Below are positions 37,399 through 47,466 of a stretch of DNA of 64,000 bases, one piece after another. Location: contig CM060731.1 in the NCBI GenBank assembly GCA_030704615.1, forward strand, positions 12,338,001 to 12,402,000, in the 5' to 3' direction. How positions within the stretch are numbered: position 1 is the stretch's first letter; every line of letters starts with the position of its first letter. A program made the position numbers and the translations under genes. This stretch comes from Takakia lepidozioides (Eukaryota > Plantae > Bryophyta). The notes under the pieces are model-generated. The model worked only from the letters and a program-made list of their open reading frames with translations. It was not told the origin of the DNA and did no database searches.

Positions 37399-39411
37399 CT
37401 ATGCTGCAACCTCTTGAGCAGTGACCACTGCCTCCTCTGTCAGTGACAATGTCTCATCCTGCCCCATCATCCCATCCTTGAGGACCTCCTCAATCCGAGA
37501 AAAATCCCCAACCTGATCCATCACCGCCGCCTTGGCTGCCAACTCCTTCTGAACCTCGAGCACCTCCCACGTGTGCCATGGATGCGGCCTGCACCTCGTG
37601 GTCCTCACCTGCTCGCCCCCACTCGCTGCCTGTACCGTCTCGGTAGGCAGGGAGACCATGAAGGGAAGTGTACTCCGTACTCTGCGCTGCTCAGCCATAG
37701 CCAAGCTGATAATCCAGGTCAAGCAATTGAGATCCATTGCTTGCCCCAACACCTGACGACGTGATGCCTCAGAAAGAGATGGCACCGCCGTGGTACCAGT
37801 GGTAAAACCCATCGCCCGCTCGCGCTCGTCAGCATTGGGCTCCACTAATTGTTGCAACTGGCTATCCCACAAGAGGCCAGGTCCACCATCCCGAAAAGCA
37901 TGGGATCCTGGGAAGCTGAGCAGTGTAGGTAATGCTGCTCGTGGTTGACCCACCCTGTTGACCACTGCCAAAGGCGAACGGTCATCGTGTCTCACACGTT
38001 GAGACTGCCTCCCTGTGTCCAAAATGCTATCCACTGTGAGGTGTGCTGGCCGCTGCACCCCATCAAATGCACGCTTGAGCAGTGCGGGTGGCATCAAGTT
38101 AGTCCACCATAGCCGTGGACGATGAGCCCATGACCCCACTGCAGCTGCATCCAGCAACACTGCTGACCCAAGCCACGACCGGACTTGATGCACACTGGCC
38201 ATCACCCTGGCCCGAGAATCACCCATCAGTGGCACATTCTCCAAGATGTATGCTGGAGATACAGCTTGATGAAGCTGCAAGTGGCGCAAAATCCGCACCA
38301 TCTCCCAAAACAGACCCGTCCTCGAGTCTCGCAATCCATTGCCATGCCCGGCTGATGAATGCCCTTGGCAGGGCCAACCTGCCACTACCAGATCAATGGA
38401 GCCAACCCGCTCCAAATCCTGCGCCCCCAGCAACGAAATGTCTGCTGGCAAGGCTTGTTGGTATCCACGAACTGCAGACACTGGCAACAAATCAGGGTAC
38501 TGCTGTACCAACTGAGCAACATGGCGCAGTGAGACGCGTCGTGCAGTCTCATCCCTCTCCACATACAGGTAACGTCGAACTCGTACACCTGCCTGCAGTA
38601 CTGCAGCCAATCCAGTGCTGATCCCGCCAAACAAGTCCAGAAGGCATATGCCTTCATCCGGGCACTGCCACACAAGAGGTGTGGTGTCCAATGGCGACAA
38701 CTGAGGTGGTCCTGGTGCAATCACCGCACTCTCCTCTTCTCCTGACGGTACGAAGGCCTCTACCCAGGCTTGTTGTACCCGTCCATCAGCAGCCTGCTGC
38801 AAATCCTTGCTCGTACCCCATAATGGAGTGTGAGCAACCATGGCAGGCAACTCCGCCGTACCATGCATGTCATCCTGCTCTGCTGGAGGTGGCACATCCT
38901 CTGCATGGGCATTGCCTTCCAGCAACTCTCCAGGCCAACTAACTGCAGCTGTAAAGGCGGCTAGTGTTGGCATCTTGCCCCGCTGGGCAGCCGCAATACC
39001 CCCAATGAATGTCACAGGGAGCTGTGCACGACGACCATCCCCTGACTGCCATCCAGGCCTGTAGGATGCTGACTCCTCCCAAAAGTCCAGGGTGAAGCCC
39101 ATGGGATATAACACTGCCCCACCAACAAGGACATCGTAAGAGACCGCGTCTGTCACAATGGCCTTGGCTCGCATCACTGAGCCATCTACAGGATGATCTG
39201 GTTGTAGTCCAATGGCCAACTCACGCCGTGTCATGCCCCGAGCCTGCTCTGATCCTCCCAGAGATGTCTGTATCTGGAAAGGACAAGGCTCCATATCCGC
39301 CTCCATGAGGCCCAAACCTGCAATAGCAGCTCTGCCCAACATCAGTGGCTGAGCTCCTGAGTCCAACAAGACCCGCAGTGGCCGGTACTTCTTGCCTGCC
39401 GGTCCACTCAA
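37399..39411 (-). CDS. Element C aspartic protease + uninterrupted DNMT3-like C5 cytosine methyltransferase (DNMT about 37690-38650)
   Basis: VLLDSGAQ; motif I LDLFGG, II YVERD, IV AGWPCQG, VI ILENV, VIII RPRLWWTN, IX ERERAMGF, X RRQVLGQAM, all in one 670-aa open frame. Confidence 0.93.
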   Translation of the reverse strand: MSGPAGKKYRPLRVLLDSGAQPLMLGRAAIAGLGLMEADMEPCPFQIQTSLGGSEQARGMTRRELAIGLQPDHPVDGSVMRAKAIVTDAVSYDVLVGGAVLYPMGFTLDFWEESASYRPGWQSGDGRRAQLPVTFIGGIAAAQRGKMPTLAAFTAAVSWPGELLEGNAHAEDVPPPAEQDDMHGTAELPAMVAHTPLWGTSKDLQQAADGRVQQAWVEAFVPSGEEESAVIAPGPPQLSPLDTTPLVWQCPDEGICLLDLFGGISTGLAAVLQAGVRVRRYLYVERDETARRVSLRHVAQLVQQYPDLLPVSAVRGYQQALPADISLLGAQDLERVGSIDLVVAGWPCQGHSSAGHGNGLRDSRTGLFWEMVRILRHLQLHQAVSPAYILENVPLMGDSRARVMASVHQVRSWLGSAVLLDAAAVGSWAHRPRLWWTNLMPPALLKRAFDGVQRPAHLTVDSILDTGRQSQRVRHDDRSPLAVVNRVGQPRAALPTLLSFPGSHAFRDGGPGLLWDSQLQQLVEPNADERERAMGFTTGTTAVPSLSEASRRQVLGQAMDLNCLTWIISLAMAEQRRVRSTLPFMVSLPTETVQAASGGEQVRTTRCRPHPWHTWEVLEVQKELAAKAAVMDQVGDFSRIEEVLKDGMMGQDETLSLTEEAVVTAQEVAA

Positions 39412-41573
39412 AGTGAAAATGCCTCCTGGTTGTCTAACAAGACAACTCCAGGTGTCACCATGGCGCGCTCAAAGGCTGGCCTAGCTGGCAGCTCCGTCAA
39501 CCTGGCAGCTGCAGCTTGCCATGGCGCAGCCGTGGCAGTCTTGACCCTCAAATCCGAGGATCCCTCTGCCACTACACCTTCCAGTAACTCCGCAGAAGAT
39601 GAAGTGACCTCCCCACTCTCGCAGAGTGTTGCTGCTAGTCTGAACACTGCAGCTGGTCTTACCCCCGGCGTCGCAATCATGGTTGCCGAGAACAGTGGGG
39701 CTTGACACACAGAGGTGGCTGCCCCCAATAACACACCGGCTGCACTAGCCTTGGTAGCAGGTGTCAGTGCTGCACGTGTAGCTCTCCCCAATGGCATAGT
39801 AACCTCCGCCTCGGTAACAGTCGGGCGAGAACTAGGTGCCATGGATGGCGTCGACACTGTCTCCGCCAATGTGAATGACTGAGGAAGCCTCGCCTGACGG
39901 CTTGCCTCCCCACGCTGTGGATCCAATTCCACCTCTGCACCTCGTGGCTCAGGAACTCGTGCTGCTCCTCGAGTCACGGCTGCAGCAGACTCCACCTGCA
40001 CTAGTGGTAGTGCTGCTCCGCACATGAATCCCATGCCTCCCATATCTCCTCCCTCAGGAGCAGGAGGTGGACCATCCCGCCTGGGAGCCGGTACCACCTG
40101 AGCTGTAGCCATGGCAGCGAGCCTCTGCTCTAGCTGCTGAAGCCGGTTGGCCATGTCCTTGGTCAACACCCTGACCTCCGCGTCCTTGGCCATGTTGAGC
40201 TTGCCCTTGGCCTGCACCTCGTGCCCGACCACCTCGTCCTCTCTGGGCTGGTCCACCTCGCCCCCGGCCACCATTGTTCCCTTGGAACTGGCCTGGGCGC
40301 AACTCAGGATGCAAGTCATAACACTGGGCATCTCCATGCCCATACTTGCCACAATGCCCACACTGCAACTGTGCAGGCTGTGCTTGTGCCGGCCTTCTGC
40401 CACTCTCTGGGCAATCTCTCTTGACATGGGGTCCTCCACATGTCCAACATATCACCCCTGGTTGCTGTTGGCCTGCAAAAGATGCCACGGGCCTCTGCAC
40501 CTGAGGTCCCCTGTAAGCTCCATGGAACTTGGGTTGGGAACCTTGCCCCCCTGACCACGCTGTTGGGCAGTCCCTTGTACCTGTGGGCTGGCAGCTGCAC
40601 CTCGTGCAGGCATGTCCTTGCCAAATCCAATGGTAACAACTCGCTCCTCCACCATGTTGAGCTCAATCCGCTCAGCCAGCAGAAACACATCCGCTAATGT
40701 GGGTTGGGCCGCTTGTAACAGGGTTGCATCCCGCACCCTTCTCCTGAGCTCCTTGTCCAAAATTCCATACCAGAACTGGACTGCCTGAGCTTCAGTAACC
40801 CCTTGGGTCACACTTATCAAGCGCCTCATACGAGTGTAGGCCTCTCGCAAGCTCTCACTGGATTTGCGCTGGAAGTCTTGCAAACTTCGCAGCTTCTCTG
40901 TCCGTACACCTTGGTAGTTCCTCCGCAACTCCTGGAAGAACTCCACCACCGGGTTGAATCTAGGCACATGTGTTGTAATTGTGGCAGGAGGAGTAGTAGC
41001 ACCTTTTGAACTGGTACCACCTGCAGAAGTGCCGGCACTACTTGTTCCACTACTAGTGCTTGTAGTTGGAGATGTTTGTGTAGCTGCTGGTGTCACCGCT
41101 GCCCTTGTGCCTCTAGTGATTGAGACATAGTTAGGTGACCAATACTCTCGCCACTCCTCAATCTCCACCGCATGTCCCCGCCTAAATTCATGGTAATCAT
41201 CCATGGGCGGCCCCTCAAGGTGCTGGAATAGCCCCTTCCACGCCATAAAGGGCGTAAACAGTTGTGGATTGCGCATTTGCTGCAAATCACACCAACTGTC
41301 AAACTCTTGTATAAAGTCATCAAGCTCGATGGTGCCCACAGCTCCAGAGTACCTACGTGGCCCCTTGGTAGCTCCATACATCTCCTCCATCGTGTCCCAC
41401 AACAATGGCACGGAAATGACTTGCACCCTCGGCGAGAATCCTCCTGACTCCGAGTCTGAACCTTCCTCAGAAGACACTGAAGGTGAAAGTGGCCTAAACC
41501 GCACACCTTGTCTTGTGTACCCACTAGTATCGCTGGTGCTTGTACCGGCACTCCCCTCAGCAGCTGGTGGCAC
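39408..41573 (-). CDS. Element C gag (capsid-like region, two zinc knuckles, RGG/Q-rich tract), with frameshift lesions
   Basis: ORFs 40452-41573, 40054-40500 and 39408-40439 are collinear with element B gag; CWTCGGPHVKRDC and CGHCGKYGHGDAQC. Confidence 0.88.
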
Positions 41574-42230
41574 CTCCGTGATGAAAACTCACAACCCAAC
41601 CGGTTGTCAACCTGTCTCTAATCCCCACTTTCTACAAGGTAACCGGGTAGAGAACCTGTTGCGGCTACTGGTTCAAGCAGGAATAATAGGTTTCTAACGT
41701 ACTGTACCTGCACCTGCATCCACCGCAAGCACTCCTATGGTCTGCTGGTCATCAACCCAGCCTCACCATAGAAGAAACACTGGTGGTCTTGCTGGTCATC
41801 ACTCCAGCCTCACCACCGACAGCATACTCTAGGATTGGCCGGTGATCAAATCCGGACCAACCTCCTATGAAAACAAGCGCCCACACAAAGCTAACATGGC
41901 GCACAGTCAAGCATGCAGGTGTGGAGGGGATCCAAACACAAGAAAATCAAGACAGCAACTCCCCCACACCAAAAACACTCCACAGTGTCGCTCCTGCAAG
42001 GACACCCCAGCCCAAACCCGGACTGACTCTTGCCTCCACCTACGGAAAGGTTTTGGCCTACAGAGAGGGTGAAAGACTATGGAGAAGAGAAACTAAAGCA
42101 ATTCCTAACCCCAGAATGCTCTCATCCCACCACTCTCCCTCCTGTCTCTATCCACTCGCTTGTATGGCCGTGGCAAGTATCCTTCAATATCCCTCAATCA
42201 ATCTTCAAGAGCTCTTCAACATTGTCCACC

Positions 42231-42357
42231 AAAGCTCCTCGAAGGGTCCTCCAAGGACCCCAAAGATCCTCCAAACACTCCTCCAAGGACCCCAAAGATC
42301 CTCCAAATACTCCTCCAAGGGCCCTCAAATATCTTCCAAACAATCCTCCAAAGGCCC
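42231..42357. repeat. CCTCCAA(GGACCCCAAAGAT) short tandem repeats in the element C leader
   Basis: About 8 cctccaa-like units, including a 33-bp unit present twice. Confidence 0.8.
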
Positions 42358-42385
42358 TTAAATTTCACTAAGTCCTTTCACTGTT

Positions 42386-42778
42386 GATACCTTAACAGAG
42401 GTATAGTCTGAGGTTGCTAGGGTCCCTTATGTTGATGATACCTTTACAGAGGTATAGTCTGAAAATGAGGGTTCTGTTTGGTATACTAACAGAGGTATAG
42501 TCTGAGCTGATTAGGGTCCACATATGGTGATACCTCAACAGAGGTATAGTAAAAGGGACAAGCTCCTGTTTGGTATACTAACAGAGGTATAGTTGAGCTG
42601 ATTAGGGTTCACATATGGTGATACCTCAATAGAGGTATAGTAAAATGGACAAGCTCCTGTTTGGTATACTAACAGAGGTATAGTCTCACATTAGGGTTCA
42701 CATATGGTGATACCTCAACAGAGGTATAGTCAAAGGGACAAGCTCCTGTTTGGTATACTAACAGAGGTATAGTCTGAG
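42386..42778. repeat. Nine-copy array of a palindromic ATACCTC-AACA-GAGGTAT(AGT) core, about 45-bp period with about 91-bp higher-order dimer
   Basis: acagaggtatagt recurs 9 times with two alternating linker types. Confidence 0.9.
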
Positions 42779-44084
42779 CATACACTACTAGGGTTTGTAA
42801 TGAAGAGCTAGAATGCAAGTCCTTGACTTCTATGCTTCTACTCAAGCAAAAATATGGTCTCTAGGTGGTCATAAGAGGCATCTTCTTGCTCTCTTCCACC
42901 CCAATGTGCAACCAAGAGTGGTCCAACTCAACTTGCAAGTCATTGTCCACCAAATCAATCCCCCTTCTAGTCCTTGGGATTTGATTGCAAACTACCATAT
43001 CTCCATTGCCGAGCAATCATGCATTTGTCTCCTCATCACTTGACAATTGCTCCAAATCAACACAAATTATCTCAATGTGTAGGAGCAATGCTTGTCACTT
43101 ACAATAATGCTCCCAAGCAATCCGCCTTGGATCCCACTCTCACGCCATATGCCTCATTTGGGGTCTTGCACCAATCCATCATCCATGTGCTCCCCGTGGT
43201 CATTTGAATGCATGTTTCATGACCTCTTGGCCTATGTGTTGCTCTCCTTCATCATAACATGAATCAACACCTCTCCACTTCACACACAAATGGATCTCAA
43301 AGGCCTTCACCTCTTGCTAGTTCAAGAGCTCCCCTTCTCAAACTTGAACTTACAAACTCAAGCGAGCATGCTCCACACATGCACCACTTGCTTGGTCAAC
43401 TATCCACCACAAAGCTCGCACTACCAAGAGCATGAATAGCCAAGTATTGCCTCCCCCTCTTGTCACATTACATAGTTAGGGTGAAGCTATGCATACATTG
43501 AATGATGATTTCCCTTCAAGGATTTCCCACCACATGTTCTCCAAGCCCTTCCAATGGCACCCTAAGCTTGGCTCCACACCACCATGATTGGAAGATTTCT
43601 TCACATGCTCCCTTTCAAAACTCTTGAGCTTCTTAGTGCTCTCCAAGTGCTTGCCCTTGTTGTCTTCAAGCCCAAGCATATATAGCTCCTTGGCTTCTCT
43701 TCCACAACATCCACACTTTGAACTTGCTTAACCCTAGCACTAGTGAAATGAGCACTAACAAGCCTTTAGTCACTCTCCACAAGCCATGGCGCACACCATC
43801 GACTCCATAATGCATACAAAGGATTCTCAAACCCTAGAATCCATGCTTCCACACACACAAGACTTCCTCCTTACAATCCTTGCAAAATCTTGTGACTCAA
43901 GAGCTTTCTTCTCAAGCTCTCCAACTCCTTGGTGCATGCAATACTCGAGCACCTTTCCTTGCAACCCCTTGCAAGCCTTGTGATACAAGAGCTAAATTCT
44001 CCTAGCTCTCAACCTCTTTAAAATACAAGTGCAAAACTAATCCTTACACTCCGCACTCACAAGCATAAGGTGATCTTCTTATAG

Positions 44085-44505
44085 TGATAAGAGATGAGAA
44101 ATGAGAGAAGTAGAAGACAATGAAAGCTCTCAAAGCATGAAGCAATCACATGAAGAACAAGCCCTAGTCCTTCCAAGTGAAATCCACTCTATCACATAAA
44201 CTAAGTCAAGCCAAGGGCACCTTTGCTAAAGGAATCCACCCTACAAAGCCCTCAACACACTCCCTCTCAATACCTAGAGCTATGGAGGTGAGAGAAGCTC
44301 ATGGAGGCTCAACTACAAGAAGATGAGCCTCCTCAACACTCACAAGGGGAAAACCTATCTCCATGTCTCAAGTGAGGCTCGACACCTCACTTGGCATGTG
44401 AGACCAAATGAAGTCCCAACACACAAAATATAAATATAAATATCTAAAATGTCCTAGTTAACTAGAAGTAGGTAATTCTAGATAACCATGACTAAAACCA
44501 TGACA
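44085..44505 (-). repeat. Terminal repeat A1 of element C (421 bp, TG...CA)
   Basis: Matches 33754-33921 plus the reverse complement of 31144-31394. Confidence 0.92.
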
Positions 44506-46864
44506 TGATCCATAAAGACGCATTTGTCGGAAATAATGTAGCCCAAAAATTCGACCTCAGATTGATGGAAAAGACATTTCTCCAACTTGACATATAATCA
44601 TCTTTCTCTTAATTTATCAAGGACAAGGCGTACATGGTGGCCATGTTCTTCTTCGTTCTGTGAAAATATCAAAATGTCGTCCAAATAGATGACTACAAAG
44701 TCATCTAAAAATTCTCGAAAGATGTCATTCATCATATGTTGGAAAGTTGCTGGAGCATTTGTAAGACCGAAAGGCATAACACTGTATTCAAAATGTCCAT
44801 ACCTTGTTCGAAAAGTTGTTTTCCATTCGTCTCCTTCTTTTATCCGTACAAGGTTATAAGCTCATCTCAAGTCGATTTTGGTGAAAATCTTCGCTCATCC
44901 CAGCTGGTCGAGAAGCCCAGAAATCAGCAGCAACGGATAACGATTCTTGATTGTGACTTTGTTGAGACCGCGATAGTCGACACACATGCGTAATGATCCG
45001 TTCTTCTTTTTCACAAACAAGATAGGCGCCCCCGCGGGTGATTTGGAATGTCGGATGAAGTGCTTTGACAAATTTTCATCAATGTATTCGCGTAATGCAG
45101 CCAACTCCGTCTGGGATAAGTTATAGATTGGGGCGAATGGTGGTTGGGCTCCTTCTTGCAAGTCAATTGCACAGTCATAAGGTCGATGTTCTGGCAATAT
45201 GTCTGCATTTTTCTTCTCGAAGACATCTTTGAAATCTTGATATTGAGCGGGTAATATTGACGTATCTTTGTCTGTTGTGGTCTTGATCGGAGTCGCATAA
45301 AGTGCAAATGTCGCCTCTTTTTTGGTAGCTCTCATGAAGGCTCTAGCTCCAAGAAACAGGGGATGAATACCTTTGGTACTTTTGCATTTTTGTCTTGCCG
45401 AAATTTTTCGTGATTGCTAGTCGATGTCAGAATTATGAGGTACAAACCAGGGAAGTCCAAGGATCACAGGATTCGTTGGGGACTGGATGACATTGAAAAC
45501 AATCTATGATGCTTGATTTTTAAGCTTCACTTCAAGGGGTCGAGTTTCATGGTCAACATTTCCTGATGCTAACGGTCGTCCATCGATAACTTCAATAGGG
45601 GCCGATAATTTCTTTCTTACGAGCGTTAAATTGTGTTGCTTCGCAAAGTCTTTGTCAATAAAACACGCTGAAGCGCCCGAGTCCAAAAGTGCTTCTACGG
45701 AGATATGTCGATTTTGCATCCTGATCTTTACTGGAACTGTGAAACAAGATACAGGGTCTGGAGGTAGAAAGAGACATTTTTTTGATGAGGAATTTGGAGT
45801 GTCCAGCCGCATGGTCCCTACTGTGACTGGACATCTTCGTTTTCCGACCTCCTCGTATCGAACACTTGAGTGGTGCCCCGAGCTTTGAATCTTCTCTTGT
45901 TGGGGCAGTTTAATGCCATGAGATCATTTTCTCCGCAATAAAGGCATAATCCATTCGAGCGTCGTCTTTGTTTTTCATGTGGCGTCAATGGCTTGAATCG
46001 GACAGCATCAATTTGCATAGGAACATTACCGGATGTCTGATGGATCGTTGTATTTGGTGCCGTAGTAGCAGCGGCATGGTGCGTCGTCGACCATCCGGAT
46101 CGTTTTTCTTGACGTCTTTCGAACAAACGATTATCGCATGCAATGACTTGGGTGATGAATTCGCTCAGTGTACTCACGTTTGACATTGTCAGCAACAAAT
46201 CTTTAACATCATCTTTTAGGCCACATCGAGATTGACTAATGAGGCTCTTCTCATTCCAGTCAAGGTCGCACGCAAGTTGTCGAAATTCGGCAGCATAAAC
46301 GGAAGTTGGACATGCTCCTTGTTGAAGATTTTGCATCTTTGTCTCTGCAATTCTCTCTCTATCATTCTCTCCAAACGTTGCAGTGAACTCGGACATGAAC
46401 GCTTCAAAATTGTATAGTAAATGCGAATTTTTCTCTAATAGCGGTGCAAACCAAGACAGGGCAGTGCCTGATAGAAGGGTGCCCACGAATCCCACTTGAA
46501 TACCTTCATCAGAGTAGTGTTGTGGATGTAGTCGTAGGAACAATCGTACTTGTTGAACAAAACCGTGAAATCTTCATCTCGTCCCATCAAATTTCTCGGG
46601 CATGCTGACATTTGGTTCCCTTGTAATCTATTGAAGATTTGGAGGAACCGTTGCAGTAGGATTTGTTGTAGTAGGGACTCGTAAGGTTGAAGATCCATTG
46701 TTCGACTCCTTCAACTCTGAAATTTGTTGTTGCAAATTGTTGAGAGCATTGCCAAGGTCTTGAGACTGATCAGCTTGTAGTTGGGCAGTAGAAGCACGAA
46801 GTTCTTGCATCTGGAGCTGAAGGCTCTGCAATGGGGTGACCATTTCCGCAAATGTGCCTTCCAT
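44506..46864 (-). pseudogene. Chromovirus gag - protease - RT N-terminus
   Basis: Coiled-coil N-terminus; retrotrans_gag LLSGTALSWF...YAAEFRQLA; PMQID; CLYC knuckle; ALLDSGA; [11 protein letters not shown]; [10 protein letters not shown]. Confidence 0.92.
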
Positions 46865-46889
46865 CTTAACTAACTAAAGAACAAACTTT

Positions 46890-46900
46890 AGTCTCGCCAA
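46890..46900 (-). promoter_or_regulatory. Self-priming PBS of the chromovirus (11 nt)
   Basis: TTGGCGAGACT on the - strand is the exact complement of LTR positions 47162-47172, which lie 31 nt downstream of TATATATA (47196-47203). Confidence 0.8.
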
Positions 46901-46902
46901 AC

Positions 46903-47466
46903 TCTCAAGGACGAGAACATGACTGAACACAAACAAGAGATAAGACTAGAGGTACAAGGCTAGACAAGAAGTCAAGGTCTGCGTGGCCGAATGCACGATG
47001 AGTAAATAGGAATCAAGACGATCTTTATAACAATGAACAAGAGTACAAGACATTGGAACACGACTTGAATACTTGAATGCTGGAAACTGGACTGGAGTAC
47101 CAGATACTGGAAACTGGGCTAGGATACTGGGAACTGGAAACAAGAGTAGCTTGAACTGGTGTTGGCGAGACTGAAGAGTGTCCAGTCTCGCCTCCTATAT
47201 ATACTGGCTACTAAGAAGCTTCCCTAAGAAGCTTCCCCTATGGAGGTTACTTGCTGGAGAAGTTTCCAAGATTAAACAAAGGTTTCTTGATGGAGAAGCT
47301 TCCTTAAGCAAATGAGGTATCTTGATAGTGAAGTTTTCTCCAAATAAAGCTTCCTGAGTAGTTTCCCAAGTTACTCTTGGTAATTTGGTAAACTCCCGGT
47401 AACTTGGTAAGTAATGGTAAATCATGGTAGATCATGATAAATCACGATAAGTCATGGTAACTTTCG
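46903..47466 (-). repeat. 5' LTR of the chromovirus, outer ~65 bp deleted
   Basis: Matches 18894-19446, then identity stops abruptly. Confidence 0.9.

Larger units (their letters stand above)
33754..44505 (-). mobile_element. DNMT/PHD-bearing Ty3/gypsy element C (nearly complete; its last 337 bp are displaced to 31144-31480)
   Basis: A1 44085-44505; gag-PR-DNMT-UAG-RT-RH-INT-PHD; PPT 34011-34021; B1 33924-34008; 5' part of A2 33754-33921. TSD ATCA (reverse complement of 44506-44509, and 31481-31484). Confidence 0.92.
18894..47466 (-). mobile_element. Ty3/gypsy chromovirus (Tcn1/Tf1-sushi-like), degenerate, host to two nested elements
   Basis: LTR pair 18894-19512 and 46903-47466; gag, PR, RT, RH, INT and chromodomain are in order once the inserts and inversion are removed; PPT at 19513-19527. 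Confidence 0.92.

Noticed and set aside
37690-38650. Bacterial restriction-modification methylase, contamination, or a host DNMT gene
   Set aside because: It is in frame with a retroviral-type protease, intronless, at the same position in two elements with TSDs, and has DNMT3-type motifs.
42386-42778. CRISPR-like array of palindromic repeats with spacers
   Set aside because: The linkers are two alternating repeated types rather than unique spacers, there are no cas genes, and the context is a eukaryotic retroelement leader.
42790-44050. Accessory gene in the element C leader
   Set aside because: The - strand is purine-rich and looks coding-like, but it has many stops and no recognisable motif, so a call cannot be supported.
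31144-44505. DIRS/Ngaro/PAT tyrosine-recombinase element, suggested by the split repeats and methyltransferase
   Set aside because: No YR ORF was recognised; protease, HHCC-DDE integrase, PPT and 4-bp TSDs are present; the MTase is C5-type, not the DIRS adenine MTase.
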